Shown: one piece after another, positions 28,485 to 41,698 of the stretch
Layout of the letters: every line of letters starts with the position of its first letter
Position numbering within the stretch: the stretch's first letter is position 1
Assembly: GCA_965285935.1 (NCBI GenBank)
Contig: OZ260661.1
Span: forward strand, 55,924,001-55,988,000
Reading direction: 5' to 3'
Length of the DNA stretch: 64,000 nucleotides
Source of the DNA: Ophelia neglecta
Taxonomy: Eukaryota
Notes under the pieces: generated by a model
What the model saw: only the letters and a program-made list of their open reading frames with translations
Told to the model about the DNA's origin: nothing
The model's database searches: none
Program-made: the position numbers and the translations under genes

Positions 28485-29049
28485 AACTGCACGATCACTT
28501 TCAATACTTGTATTATGGAAGCGCCAACTCAACGAGACACTTGTTCAGAGCCCAAAATTAGCCACACAATGGCGCAAAGACGATGCAACCTCACACATCA
28601 ACGAGAATTCTCAGCCTCGTCCTAATCGATTCATTTGAGAAATCGTATAACCAAAAACAAAAAGAGATTGTTGACGAACTTTGAAATGTTGTCACTGCTT
28701 TTAAGTATGGGTGGTATGGTTTAAACGACCGTGATCACCGCTAAGCCACATGAACATGGAAATACCTGCGACAGTATCGTCATCACCGAAAAATACTTTC
28801 CCTATTCCCCGGTGTAGGTTCTGCCCTAAATGTTCGTCAAATGCGGAATCTACGACACCAGCACAGAATAGTACTGCCTGCCATACAAGCCGCCATTTCA
28901 AAGAAAGCGAATATTGAAACCGAATTGATTACATTGATTTGACAGTTTATTATTAGTAGCATCACATCCTGGGTGCCGTGCATTCCCGTAATACAATAAT
29001 TGATACTTGTGGGGCTCGCTTATTAACAAAGTATGAGCTGAATGAAAAC

Positions 29050-29700
29050 ATAGAATCAATAAGTAGTCTCTCAAAACTGAAATGGAAAAACACCGTCAAT
29101 TAAGGAAGCCGTGAAATCATTCGAGCAGACAAAACGGATTTTGAAAATAACAGAAAAAACTGACTCTGAAATTTTAATTGAACTATGTCGAACCGGTGAG
29201 GTTTTTCCGCTCTATACTTTAGCTAAAGCCAAGTATAATCTGAAGAATAATGCCGTAAATATGGCGTGTTTAATTGGACTTTACAATAAAGACCTGATTG
29301 TCAGTTGTAACCTGTGTGGAGATATTCGCATTTATTCTGCGAGAGCGGCTGTCCAATCTTGTGTGACTGCAGAGACGAAATGTGGCATTATTTAGTGGAC
29401 ACGATAAATGTAGAAGACTTTGTTCAGTTATATCTGGGACACAAGAAACATGTTTCTTGTGTCCCAGGTTATATCAATTAAATGATAGTGATGAACTGGC
29501 AATAAGCTTAATAGGTCTGCACTCACTCAATATAGATGGTGTGTATGAGGATATCATTGAAAATGTGCTAATGGTCTTCGGGCCTATTTCTCGATCGATT
29601 TTCTCTTATGTTTTCAAATGAATATTTCATAAATTGTAATATATAATATATGTGTATTGCTCTCATTAAGTTGAGGATAATAAACCTAAACTAAACTAAA
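29050..29700 (+). mobile_element. 5'-truncated, frameshifted non-LTR retrotransposon (LINE) 3' end
   Basis: Overlapping ORF fragments 29111-29395 and 29382-29621 include a CxxC (CNLC), resembling an ORF2 C-terminal zinc-knuckle region. They are followed by AATAAA and a (CTAAA)n tail ending at 29700. Confidence 0.45.
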
Positions 29701-32700
29701 CATGTTCAGCCACTGTTCAAACATCCGATAAGCCCGCAAGTACCGCTTCGGGCAGGTACTGTTTGCACAATAGATCGAATAAGAGATAACCTATTTCCCG
29801 GCCCAATAAAGATACTACTTCAATGCACATGAGCCTATCTAACATTTAATTGCAAATATCTCACAAACTAAGCCTCCATTTAAAAAACTGACAGCACGAG
29901 AATCATGTAAATACCTGGAATACCAATACTCTTTGTTTCGACCTTCTACATCAACAAATGGACTTACGAACATTTTGTCGTCTCCTATGTACCCTCTGTG
30001 ACCTTGACCTTGCTTTCGAACAAATTGTTGACCTTGGCCCCCCTGACCTTCACCCCAGGTCATTTGAGGTCACTACTAGGTCAAGGTCATCACCCACCCG
30101 CATGATGATCTGAAACGTCAACGCAATAATTATTAAAAGCCCCACCATTTCATGGGTGCGCATGCGCCGAAGTTGATTTTCACCCTTCTTTTAGCCCCGA
30201 CCCAAAGACAAATTTTACGATCCATCCGAACTGAATTGGTTCAACAACACTGAAGTTATCGTCTAAAACATGTTTGATCACTAGGGTAGTAGTATCCGGC
30301 AGTTCCGTTCATTTTAGACCCCATGTTGTGTCAGACGCATTTTTCGTCTAACAGATTCACATAACTTTACGGAGTTTCGGGACGGTTATAAACAAATTCT
30401 GTCAGATAGAGCATTTTAAATGATCCGAGGTGGGAAAAAAAACGAAACTTTGAAAAATTCCCCTGTCCTTGACCTTTGACCCAAAATTTTGAAACTTGCG
30501 TAAGATTTATACTGGCTTATTTGGCTAAGTTCAATGTCAGCACGTGGCTAAAATTTCACAACGCTACCACTTAAAATAAAAAAGTGCACTTTTTTTATAA
30601 TTATCAAAATGTTCGGAACGCTCCAGCGCAAAAAAAAACATATCTAGACCCGATCGGCCTGCGACAGAATTGTTGTCAATGACGTCAAGAAAATTTTGGC
30701 GCAAACCAGAAGTCCGTAGAAATTTTATATCCCGACTTGTATGGTATTTTTTATACATGCGAAAAAAGTAGGTTTTTTGTATATCTCTACGCACATCCGG
30801 GTCCAATTTTTACCATCTTCGAACTTAACCGGGCCACGCAAGTCCCGCGAGTGTCCTGAAAGTTTGAAGGCTCTAGCTCAATTATTACTGCCATTTAGGA
30901 TGGGGACGACAAGAAATTCGCCATTTTTCGAATCTAGGTCAAATACCGACCACAGTATAAGACGGCAAAGCCGTCTTATAACAAGCACGGGTACTTTTTA
31001 ATTGGAGAATGCATTGAAAATGAATGCATGTGGCTGGTTCTCCTTCCTAGCACTTTAAATGTATTTTTTATAAAATTTGAGAAAAAAGACAACGGTTGTA
31101 CAGGCGTAAAAAGTTACTGTAAGTTTTTTTTTTACAGATATAATGTTTCAAGGTTTGGAAAAAAAAATTCATGGGAACAAACATTTACGACTATCATCCT
31201 ACATTAATTTAGAGGGAGTTTATTTTGTGATACAAACTTTGTTGATATCCAAAATTTGTACACAGAGGGGGAGCATCGTTTATTTTCACGTAATTCAATC
31301 AAGTGTAGATGAGGGCATGTCATTTTGCAACAGCACATTATCCAAATGCAAATTTTATCGCTCATGATATGCAATGGGACATGAAGTCTGTCAGTGGACC
31401 TACACACAGTGCTCAAGCTAGGTCTATCATCAACCGGACATGAACTATCTCACTGGACAGCTGGAGGTTGAAAAATGAACAAATTTATATAGAAAGCACC
31501 CTGTGATTTGCTATCTTTCTTCTTCTTGGCGAATCACATCTAGCCTTTCTCCTTTATCAGTATAAAGATTTATTATGGCCCAAATGGCAACAAGGAAAAA
31601 GTGAAATTAGCAAATAATTCTGCATTGTGTAATCTGGTTGTAGTATTTATCGATGAACCAATATTGACGGCCAGGTAGAAATATTTGGAAATTGTCTTCC
31701 TTGACAAAATTGGATTTCCAGACATTTATATGAGCAAATAATATGGTCTCATATTGTAGCACCAAGGAGAGCAGGGAACACTGTTAAATTTGCCAAAATG
31801 ATCTCCCTTTTAACTGTTAAAAAGTGCTAAAGATATTGTCCTGTTACATCTAAATGTACAATTACATACTGTAACACATGTAAGTGTGTACATTTATATG
31901 TAAACATACGTTGTACACAGTTACATGAACATTGATTGAAATTAAATTCCATACCAATGCAACTTGCAAGCTGAAACTTGCTCCTGCAGTTCCCAAGTGT
32001 AACCAAACTGGCAATATGGAAGAAATGATTTAATATCTTCAGCTCATGGCAGCAGGCAACTAAGCATGACGTGGTGTGTAGACAGATGTCCAGCTACATG
32101 GCAATCAATCCAGACAGTTGATAGGAAGGAAATTAAAAAATGAACATGATGTCCATAGCAATTTCATAAATTAATTATAACCTGCATGAAGTTTTACCAC
32201 ACATTTACAAGTGTGTGCCAGTATAGGGCTTCTCCATAATTTGTTTGGATCAATGTTGATAAAGCGTGTTATATTACACTGGTCAACATGATACCATTTG
32301 GATTGTTTGTGCTTTATTCCATTTGAAGCTTGAAAAGCTATGGGAGCCTTCAATTTCTTTATTGGTTAATAAATACACAAATATATTCAGTGGGGGAAAG
32401 CATATTGGACCAGATTCTCCTCAATGGAAGATTGTGTATTATTTGTGGGTATCAAGGCCTCCACGACTTAATCAGTTTACTTAACATAATCATTTTAATA
32501 AATGGTGTAAATGATCACTGTATAACCCAAAATAATACAGATTCCAATCTAATTCACAAGCCAAAGAAATCATTTTCAATCCGGAACAAAAAAATTCCAG
32601 ACATGAAAAAATGAAATGTTTTAGTATGTGGTAAAATTAAAGACTTAGATTGATGTGTGCCACAAACAAGAAATTTGAAATTTATTGAATTAACTTTTCT

Positions 32701-33786
32701 TCTTTTCTAAAACCACTTGAAAGGTCTGGAAATGCAAAGAAAGTAACCTTATCTTAGCCCCCCCCCTCCCACCACCACCACTAGTGATGAGATCATCATA
32801 AAAAATAATCGAAAACTGATTGATAACTGCAAACAATTCTACTAATTGATTGCACCTTCAATAATCAATAATTATAGGAATGTAATTTTTTTCTAGTTTT
32901 CATTATCCATGTGCCTGAAATAATGAAAACCCATATAAAGTTATTAAATGGGGATGAGAGACAAACATTGTCACTCATTTCACATCCATATGTTCAATGC
33001 CTGTTCAAACTTGTGCACACAAACTGCCCATACTCAATGAATAACTTAATGCACTTAAACACTGTCTATTTGTTACAGTTGCAGATCTGTATCCACAAAA
33101 TTGTAACTCATTCAGGCAGTGATATGAATTACATGGTTGTGTAAACAAAACCTGAGAGTAGGAATGAATCTTCTCAGATATAATATATATAGCCCTTACA
33201 TGGTGAGGATGTCACAAGTTTGTGTAGGCCAAAGCTGGAAGGACGATTATCATAGGCCTATATAATCCAATTTTGGTTGATACCAGCCAAATACCAATAT
33301 GACCGAGCTGACCCCCATCCCCCCTCAATAAAGAGCAAGTTTTTACTCAATCATGTTGACTGAGTTATTTATGATTTCTCGGGTTCCTCAATGTTACAGT
33401 ACATAATATTTATAACAGTATCTGGCACAAAGTGTAGCTGTGCAGTAACTTTCATCAACATTCACATGGCTTAAGCCATGCTACTCATGAACTGACTATA
33501 TCCAAAATCCTTGCCCCCCCTCCCCCTTCGGCACTGTGAATTAGAGGTTTACGGGTTAACTAGTATAAATATCAGTATGGTACACGTCTGAACCAAGCAC
33601 CTGCCAGCACACTTGCCTGCATGTCAATGTCAACAACACTACCAACCAACAGCAACAGCATCATTACCGACACAACCACGATATTATTTTTCTAATGATT
33701 TACCATTCAATCTATTTTTTCAGTCCAAAGACGTACAAATTACACTTCATTTCATTGAAGTATAGATTCAGACAAGTTATACTCAC

Positions 33787-33890
33787 TTTTATGCTTGATT
33801 AATATCCATATATTTCCGAAGCAACTACCATTTTGGCGCTGTCTCCGCCATACATGTTTTGGTCTCGTTTTCACTGTCGTTCAGGGTAAC
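33787..33890 (-). other. Putative non-coding first exon / TSS region of the cupredoxin-repeat gene
   Basis: Strong donor aaaa|GTGAGT next to 33787 at the edge of a CpG-rich stretch. The ATGs in it open only short uORFs. The 25608 start exon has an upstream acceptor (ttttag| before 25664), so it needs an upstream UTR exon. Confidence 0.5.
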
Positions 33891-35450
33891 CTGATCACAT
33901 GATCACAAATGATCACTTAGGGTATATTCCAATTGCTCTCCGGATAGCTCTCCGCCGAGAGAAATGTGGTAGGTTCCGATGGGCGGAAAAAGCGGAAAAC
34001 ACGGAATTTCGCGGAACTGCTTGTATATCATATTTCTGAGCACATTTTGCCGAGTAAATACTATATGTCATTCAATATGTGTATATATAGCTCTCCTCAG
34101 CATTTTTATATGCACAAAAACTATGTAAAGCTTACAACAAAAATATTTTATCAGGAAGTGAAATCAAAATTTACCGAAGAATAGTAATATCTATTATTCA
34201 AAAGGTCCTTATGGCTAATGAACGACAGTTTTCCACTTCGTAAATTATATTAGTAATCCATTTTATCTCTTAAGAGCAGTTTTTCTAATGTCTTAATGTA
34301 ATCACTTCTAAAACGACAAAAAGACAAGCATTTTCGTACTTTGGAACATCACATAAAATTGTACACAGCCAGAGTGGCCGCTTACTAATATACCGGCTAC
34401 TTCAACGCGTGAACAGGAGAAACAGAAGCATTAAATTGTGAGATATCAATGGCAACGAAAATATTAGCTACAAGCGTAACGGATAAGAAGTTCATACATG
34501 TAGCCCTTACCGCTAGAATCCACTCTGACTAACTTTATCAAATGCATTAGCAGCATGAATTGTGGGGCTGAGACTAGCAAAAACCTTACTTAACAGAATT
34601 ATTTTCCCGAAAAGACAGATAGGTTAATGTTATTAATACATCAGATGCATAGCTGATGACGAGTAAAGGATATTTTGCAGTTTGAAATCGCATCATAAGG
34701 TCAGAAAATATATTACCGCAGTTTCCGCGAAATTTGGCGTTTACCACCAATCGGTACGTACCGAGAAATGTCCATCGTGAGAGCTCTCCGATGCAAGCAC
34801 GAAACAGTATCTCCCCGGGCTCTCCGCCCACAGGAGGATGCACTAAAGGAGTAACTTCCAACACGTAGCGTCTTCTTATTACCTTTATCTACCCTGAGAG
34901 TTTACCCAGTTTATCCAGAAATTCGTTGAAATGTTTACCGCCGACATTTAGTCTTCGAATGTTTGACATGCGTTTTAGATTGATCTTTCATGTGGAACAT
35001 AACTTTCATGAATTTAGGAGTTTATAAAATAGCAAATGCAAATTTATTCGTGAAGATAATGTGTTGACTCTATTCGAATTTTAGGGCAGTTCGTTTCTGA
35101 GAAAATTCCTGACCGATAAATGAACAGCCTCGCCTGAGAATCGCGTTCGCTCGAACGTCGGTTTTCTCCGGAAACCTCCGTCGGCAGAGCCCGATAACTG
35201 ATAGGTCTCCAACCCCGGATCCTGTCCGGCCGGAGACCAAATGGAATATACCCTGCAGGTGTCCCGATAAACTTCCGGGGTAGATACAGTTGCCCAACTT
35301 CGCTCTGCAGTATTCACGGAAGCGAACAGTCACTTCCTTGTTTTACCTCAAGAAAACACTAATTACATATGATGTCCACTGGAAATTCCATAATATATCG
35401 ACAAGCAGCACGTTATGAATGACACAGTTTGGATCTACAAACCTCTGTGA
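33800..35450. promoter_or_regulatory. CpG-rich divergent (head-to-head) promoter region
   Basis: CpG-dense segment between CpG-poor gene bodies, with outward-facing GTGAGT donors at 33786 (-) and 35447 (+). Contains 3x TGATCAC (33892-33916), an ETS-like ACTTCCGG (~35271) and GAS- and kappaB-like motifs. Confidence 0.6.
35330..35446 (+). other. Putative non-coding first exon of the SH2-WW gene
   Basis: Donor ctct|GTGAGT at 35447. The first coding exon has an acceptor (tttcag| at 37316) upstream of ATG 37368. The 5' boundary is approximate. Confidence 0.45.
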
Positions 35451-36421
35451 GTAAGCAACTTTCTATTTTCTCAAGATAGCAGTGGGTTGCGTGTGCTCTT
35501 GTAACATGATAATGGTGGAGTTGTGTGGGTTCATGGATAGGTTTTTATCAAAAGAATATTCTCCTGCTTAATGTTTAGTAAACCCCCACTGGGGTGCTAC
35601 TGTCATGCGAGCTGGGCTCTCGGAACTGACAGCCCAGGACACATGACAGCCATCTCAACTTTTTTTGAGTATCCACTATCCAGTTCAAAGTGCATAGTGA
35701 GGCACGCTCATTAGTCCTGGACATTTGATACCTTTTGGCAACGAATCTGGCCCCCTCACTCACGACCAACTCTATTTTGTTTATATTTTTAGCAGTATGG
35801 GAATTCCAACCAGAATCAGCATATCAGTATGCTTGGTCCAAGTTCTCAGACATAAAATATCTTTTTATGTATTTAATAATTAATATTTTCCATTATTATT
35901 ATATTGGTGCTATTCTAGTCTGAAAATCTAATGTTAGAGGGTTAGTCCAAGATCCTCTAATATTAAATGGCTTTTTAATGTGTTTTCTAATGGATATGTT
36001 TGATTGATGTGGGCCATTTATATATGTCCTACATATACCAATATAGTCAGAGATTTTTGGACTAAAGCATGCTATGCCTGTTGATAAATATTGGTTGCAG
36101 TGGATTTAAGATTCATAAAAATCCTTCTCAGCGATCTGTTTACTGTTGGCAGTCACATATTCCACATGATTGTACCAACTCAGTTTGTGATTTACAGGTA
36201 GGAATAATATTTATACATGTAGTATTTAAGAAGTACAGAGATGTATGCACACAGTTTGCATACTCCTTCACACGATAACGAATAGCATTCAGCCTATTTG
36301 GGATTACTTTACCTCTTCGTACTGTCAAAAATCCATCTGTATATTGTGCACATACAGTAGGCACATATATAAGAATGACCATAAGCCTTTTCACCTCGCT
36401 GAAATTCCCGCTGAATCAAGT

Positions 36422-36587
36422 ATAAGTTAATGCCCGAGGAACACTACATTACCAGAAAATAATGTAGTCTGAGGGGCTTTGCCTCGAAGACCATTGTTTT
36501 CTGGTAATGTAGTGTTCCGAGGGTGTTGACTTATGTAAAATCTGCTCAGAGACAACAACGCTACATTACCTGAAAGTAATGTAGCTT
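36422..36587. repeat. Palindromic MITE-like repeat
   Basis: Perfect 22-bp inverted repeat GGAACACTACATTACCAGAAAA (36438-36459) / TTTTCTGGTAATGTAGTGTTCC (36497-36518), plus a third CTACATTAC..GTAATGTAG hairpin near 36561. Confidence 0.6.
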
Positions 36588-37367
36588 TAAGACAATGGAA
36601 AATACATAGATCGGATTTCACTTACTAGTAATTGGCAATGCAACTAGTCTCCATTGGAGCATCTGCAGGTAGAAAAAGTTCCCTTTGTCTTTTCAAAGTG
36701 GATACTAACCATTTAGGGCAACTATAGCCTTTTAGCATTTTCCGCTATTGTCAACATAATGATTTCAATGGGTTTTGATTATATCAGACTACATTGAAGG
36801 AATTCATGTAACTTATAAGGTATATTTGTTTGGCAATAAGTTGATTATGGCACAGTGGGTGGCAGTACATTTATATAAATGCCTTAGGCCATTTCAACTT
36901 GGTTGTGGTATACATGTATGACACATGATTTGACTGGTCCTAAGCATGGGTCTTTTCCCTGGTGTAGATTAGTCATCAGACCCTTTCTCTATGTACTGAG
37001 CACATTTTATCTCTTTTAAACTGTTAAAGTCTTGTATCCAGAACTGGCGCAGTGCCTTATATATATACATGTTAAAGCTAATATGCTTGGTTATGTTTCT
37101 GGTGGCCATTTAAATTTGTCAATAATGATTTAAGTGCTAAATGGTAATGTAATGAAAAATGTTACTCTCTGATTAACCTCTGGATAACTTGTTGTGGATA
37201 ACATTTTAGATCAAAATAAACAAATTAAAATATTTTATAAAAGTAAACAAGGTTCACTTCAGCACAGTTTTTTCTGGCCATGATACAGTTTAAATTTGTA
37301 TGAATATTATTTTCAGATTATCAGCAGAGCACATTGCTTATATTAAGAGTCTAGTGGGCCAGCCGTC

Positions 37368-40300
37368 ATGTCTGCAGCGTGGAACAGCCATGCCCCTAAT
37401 CTACCCCAGCGATCTCAGAGGTCTCTCGAGCTGCTACATCTGCCATATTTTCACCCTAACCTAAAGAGCATGGATGATGTAAGAATGGCTCAATACTTCC
37501 TATTGTACTACCTTGTATTGTATGCCTTATCAGTATGCTTTACAGTCTACATTAATATATTTAAAAAAAATTAATGTGATTTCCGTGCACATTAATCCTA
37601 TATTTAACATTAAATATATCTTAATATTTTCTGTTATAAATCAAAATAGCACTTCTCAAATGAATTTTTTGTAACAATAAATCTTAAACTCGTCAAACTC
37701 AATATAATTATAATCCAATAAATAATTTCACCCTTTAATAACTAAATATCATGTGTATAAAGGCGATTGGATTCCCTGTATTACAGGTGCGGAAATTGCT
37801 ATTGCCCTACTTGAGTGAAAATGGCCATTTCATTGTGCGCAACAGTTTCAGCAAACCTGACACTATTACAGTATCAGTAATGTAAGTAACACTATACAAG
37901 TATAGTTCTACCATCTTATCTTTGGCTTAAACAGTAAATCTAGAAAATGTTGTAAGACATAAACAAATATAAAAGGACACATGTATAACTTTTTTTTGAG
38001 GAAATTTTCTCCTGTTTGGAAGGTTATCAATGCAAAATATTAGGAGTCTACCCGACTTGGGATATTATTAGCAGTGATTTTGCTGACTGTCGGCCATCGG
38101 CCATTTGCCGACAAAAATGGTAAATGTCCTAAACTTTGAAAAGGCTTCCGGACATTTGTCCGATGGCTTTTGCGGCCTGGTTACCTGTCAGAATCAATAC
38201 AGCTCGTTTATAACGCACGTAGAAACAGATAACTATAGTTTATTTTATTTAGATTTCCTGGCTAAATCCAGCGGATGTTATTTACATTTTTATTTCCTCC
38301 GCGAAACAAAGAGAGCTCGTATTTGTTAGAGCGCCGCTCATTGGTTGAGTGATGTTTAGTCTCGCGAATCAGACAGCCTGTTGCTTTCTAGCAGCTGTTT
38401 GCTAGAAGTATATACGATGCCCCCTACTTTCCATCTGCCGGGAAAATCTCCCATGCTCCGCGCAACGTGTACAGTTCCAAATTGCAAACTACCAAGTAAT
38501 GGTGGGGGGACAGATGTAGTGTCACTAATGTGTGTCACTGGTGTGTGTACCAGTATTGGGACAGTGTGGGGAGCTGGCAGACATGTTTGCTTGCGGCCAA
38601 GCACATACGTGTAGTTGTATATACACTTCACCCACTATCACTCCCTCAAGCTCCATTATTACTGCCATATATGCATGTATTGTATATCTTCATATCCATA
38701 TAAAAAATTCATTGAATTTCATCAAATTAAAATCGGTTATGAGGTGTTTTTTTTAATCTTTTTTGTGTGCCATAAAAGTGTCCTGAAAATATGCAGACTG
38801 TCCTGAATTTTTTAGACAATTCAGGACAAATGTCCTGACAAATTCTGAACCCAGCAAAATCACTGATTATTAGGCCTTAGTAAGGTTTAATTTTAAGTCG
38901 GAATCAGGTTGGAGGGCAATGCAATGCCATCGTAAACGTATGTGCCAACTGAGCTTAAGTATCTTGAAGTCTTCAGTGATTTAAGACATCATTGTAACAT
39001 CATCCTGTGCTTTTGTGCAGTGAATGGCAAAACAAGCTTAATGACATTCAATTGGCACACAGTTGTATCTTTTACAGTTGATTTTTACTAAACAATTTGC
39101 CTTTTTTGTCCGATTTCTAGGCATGAAAGAAGCATTAAACACTTCAATATTGGCAGGAATGCTGATGGATTTTATCTGCAAGATAGATTGTTCCCCACTT
39201 TAGACAGTCTGATCAAAAACCATGCTAAAGAAGATGTTCCTAATATAGAAGGTATGTAGTTTGAGAGCCCGTTGAGTTCATAATTATTTCTAGGATCATC
39301 TGGGCATTTTAAATAACTGTGTGCATGCACATGGGATTATATTCAAAATAGCGGGGGAGGAGGAGAAGGGTAACCTAGAAGATGTTAACCAGTGTAGAGC
39401 TGGGTTGGGGGGGGGGGGGGGATTTTTGAATTTAGGGATAATTGGACAAAATAAGAACTTATGGGTGAGTTTTTGGAGGGGGAGGGGTGGGGGGGGGGGG
39501 TTCTGAATAAAAGCATTACATGTGTGTTTTTGCATAATATGTACTATTGAGAAAAGAAAACAAGACAATTTTCATATATTTGCTTTACACCTGTCAGTAA
39601 TTTCCTCATTACAGGTGTACAGCACGTGAGACTTCTCACACCGGTAGCGACAGACAATATTGGCCCAGGTTCTCCACCAAGGCGGGGATCAGATTCCATG
39701 CTCCCTGATGTACACTCTGTCAACAGTAGCTTTGGCAGCTACCCTAACCTTCGACGACAGCCCATAGAACACACTGAGTCAGGCAGCAGCGGGGGCTCCG
39801 TCGCATCTAGGCTGTCAGACAGAGGGAGAAGTATGGATATAAACAGTAATATCGAAGGGCAGGATAGTAACTCCCCTAAAAGTTCAAATGCCACTGCCTC
39901 ATCATGGAAAAACCCTTTAAACAAAATATTTAGAAAAGTTGTATCAAAAGATTCTATAACTCCGCCCTCTAGCAGCCATCCAAAGATTGGAAATATTTCA
40001 AGCAATCAGAGATTGTCAGCGGATGCAGCTCTTGCACAGAGACCTCCAGTTCCTATTCCCAGGGAGGAAAGATCGGTTTCAGAGTCGGGCTTTGATCTTT
40101 ATGCTGCTGGTATATACAGTCGGGTGGAGAACCAAACGGACAAAGCCCCATTGCTCGCCGAGGCCCTCCGAAAACATGATCCGACGACAAAATGTGAATG
40201 TGGGCTTGAACTTGAGGACTCTGTGCTGCCCAGGTCATGGAGTGTCCATATCAGTCGGGAGGCGACCACCATGGGAAAGATATTCTTTGAAGGACCCCAA

Positions 40301-40651
40301 GGTCAAACGTGCTGGAATTTGCCTCTGGATGTATCTACCGAGCTATCCTTTGATCAACAGGAATTCATTCGCAAGCTTCTGCACGATGTGCGAGCTGGGA
40401 AACTCCCACCTCCTGCCCCACATGGGGAGGCGTCATCTGCTGACACAAGTGCCCGAAAATCTGTAGGCGCTTTCAACAACTCTGCTGGCAGTTCGGCGGA
40501 CAGCGGTGGAATGGTGGCCCGAGGAATCAGCCCCTCTGGTAGTGTGAGGTCCAGTTTACAGAGAAATTACTCTGGAGGGGCTGATGCTGGGGCATCGGCT
40601 GATGGCAGAGAGTCCCAAGGAGCCATCTCAGCCGGGGAACAGTCCCAATGA
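37368..40651 (+). CDS. SH2-domain and WW-like-domain adaptor protein (457 aa)
   Basis: Exons 37368-37478, 37787-37881, 39121-39251 and 39615-40651 splice in frame. SH2: LPYFHP..NGHFIVRNS..TITVSV..IKHFNI..FYL..FPTLDSLIKNH..RLLTPV, with the betaB5 Arg retained. WW-like: LPRSWSVHISREATTMGKIFFEGPQGQTCWNLP. Confidence 0.88.
38072..38865. mobile_element. Non-autonomous hAT-type DNA transposon (794 bp) in an intron of the SH2 gene
   Basis: Perfect 14-bp TIRs (CAGTGATTTTGCTG / CAGCAAAATCACTG), perfect 8-bp TSD ATTATTAG (38064-38071 and 38866-38873), subterminal TGTCC/GGACA repeats. Confidence 0.9.
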
Positions 40652-41698
40652 CTTGACAAGCCCAGGTGACATCAGAGAGGGCACCACACCTCCACTCAGC
40701 CCATACATGTACATTAACAATGTACTACACATGTGAGTTTCACATTTATGAAATTCATAGTGTATAATATACATTATTATATATCTGTGCGGTATTTGAA
40801 CAGCTAGTGATCATGTTATATCAGGCAATTTATAAACATGTACATAGCTATGGCTTGCAAAGGATGGCAACAACTGAAGAAATTTCTACAGCCACAAAGA
40901 CAATTTAAGTGTGATGTTATAAATATTGCTCATTATGTTTGGGATCATTTGCATCACATGGTTTTATCCCAGACGTGGGTGGCCTTGAGATGGGCATGTT
41001 ATATCAGGTCAAAAGATGATGATAAAGTTGGCCAACCAACAGGTATGTGAAATCCACTGTAAATTTAGTGTCAGTTGTCAGCCAAGGGACGAAAAGAGTC
41101 CATGAAATTGTTGTAAGAGCATCATATCAAGTTAAATTTTTTTTTTTTTTTTTTTTGCTATAAAATATCTTATATCTCCCTCAGTGATAACAAATTAGTT
41201 GCTCTTTTATTTTTATCAAAATTGACACCAGTCATTCTTGTGTCAAAATTTTTATTTATCATTAAACCCCTGGAGGAAGACAAAAAACAATAAAGCCTTG
41301 CTCAATGATGGCCACATAATTCTATGGCCCAGTAAGTAACATGAAACTACATATTTGAACAAAAATAATATTTCTTTGTAAGACTATGATTTTAGTGTGC
41401 ATTCACAAAAAAGTCAGCAACTTGAATTTATAAAGAAGCTGAAAAAAAAAAAAAAAAAAAATTTCATACTTTTTTGTAAGTAAATTGGTAGAGTAATTTC
41501 CATGTTGATGCACATACAAACTTGAATAAGTTGATGTGTAATTCTGTGCACTTCAATGTTTCTGCAGATCGTATACTAAGGTTGATAACCAAAGTCATGT
41601 TTAGCTTGTCACATCATGTTAATGTACATTTGCATGTACATGTACATTATATTGCCCGTAGCACGAGATTGCTTGTTCTTAAACACATGCATCATATA

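Larger units (their letters stand above)
27738..30981. mobile_element. Non-autonomous Helentron/HINE-like element (~3.2 kb) with nested inserts
   Basis: Subterminal TATAAGACGGC at 27760-27770 matches a perfect terminal hairpin TATAAGACGGC-AAA-GCCGTCTTATA at 30956-30980. A short GCCATAGGC palindrome lies outside the left repeat. The interior is CpG-rich with repeated TGACCTT/AAGGTCA motifs. Confidence 0.6.

Noticed and set aside
35070-35333. Short ORFs in the CpG-rich region
   Set aside because: No recognisable domain or splice context; expected in GC-rich promoter DNA.
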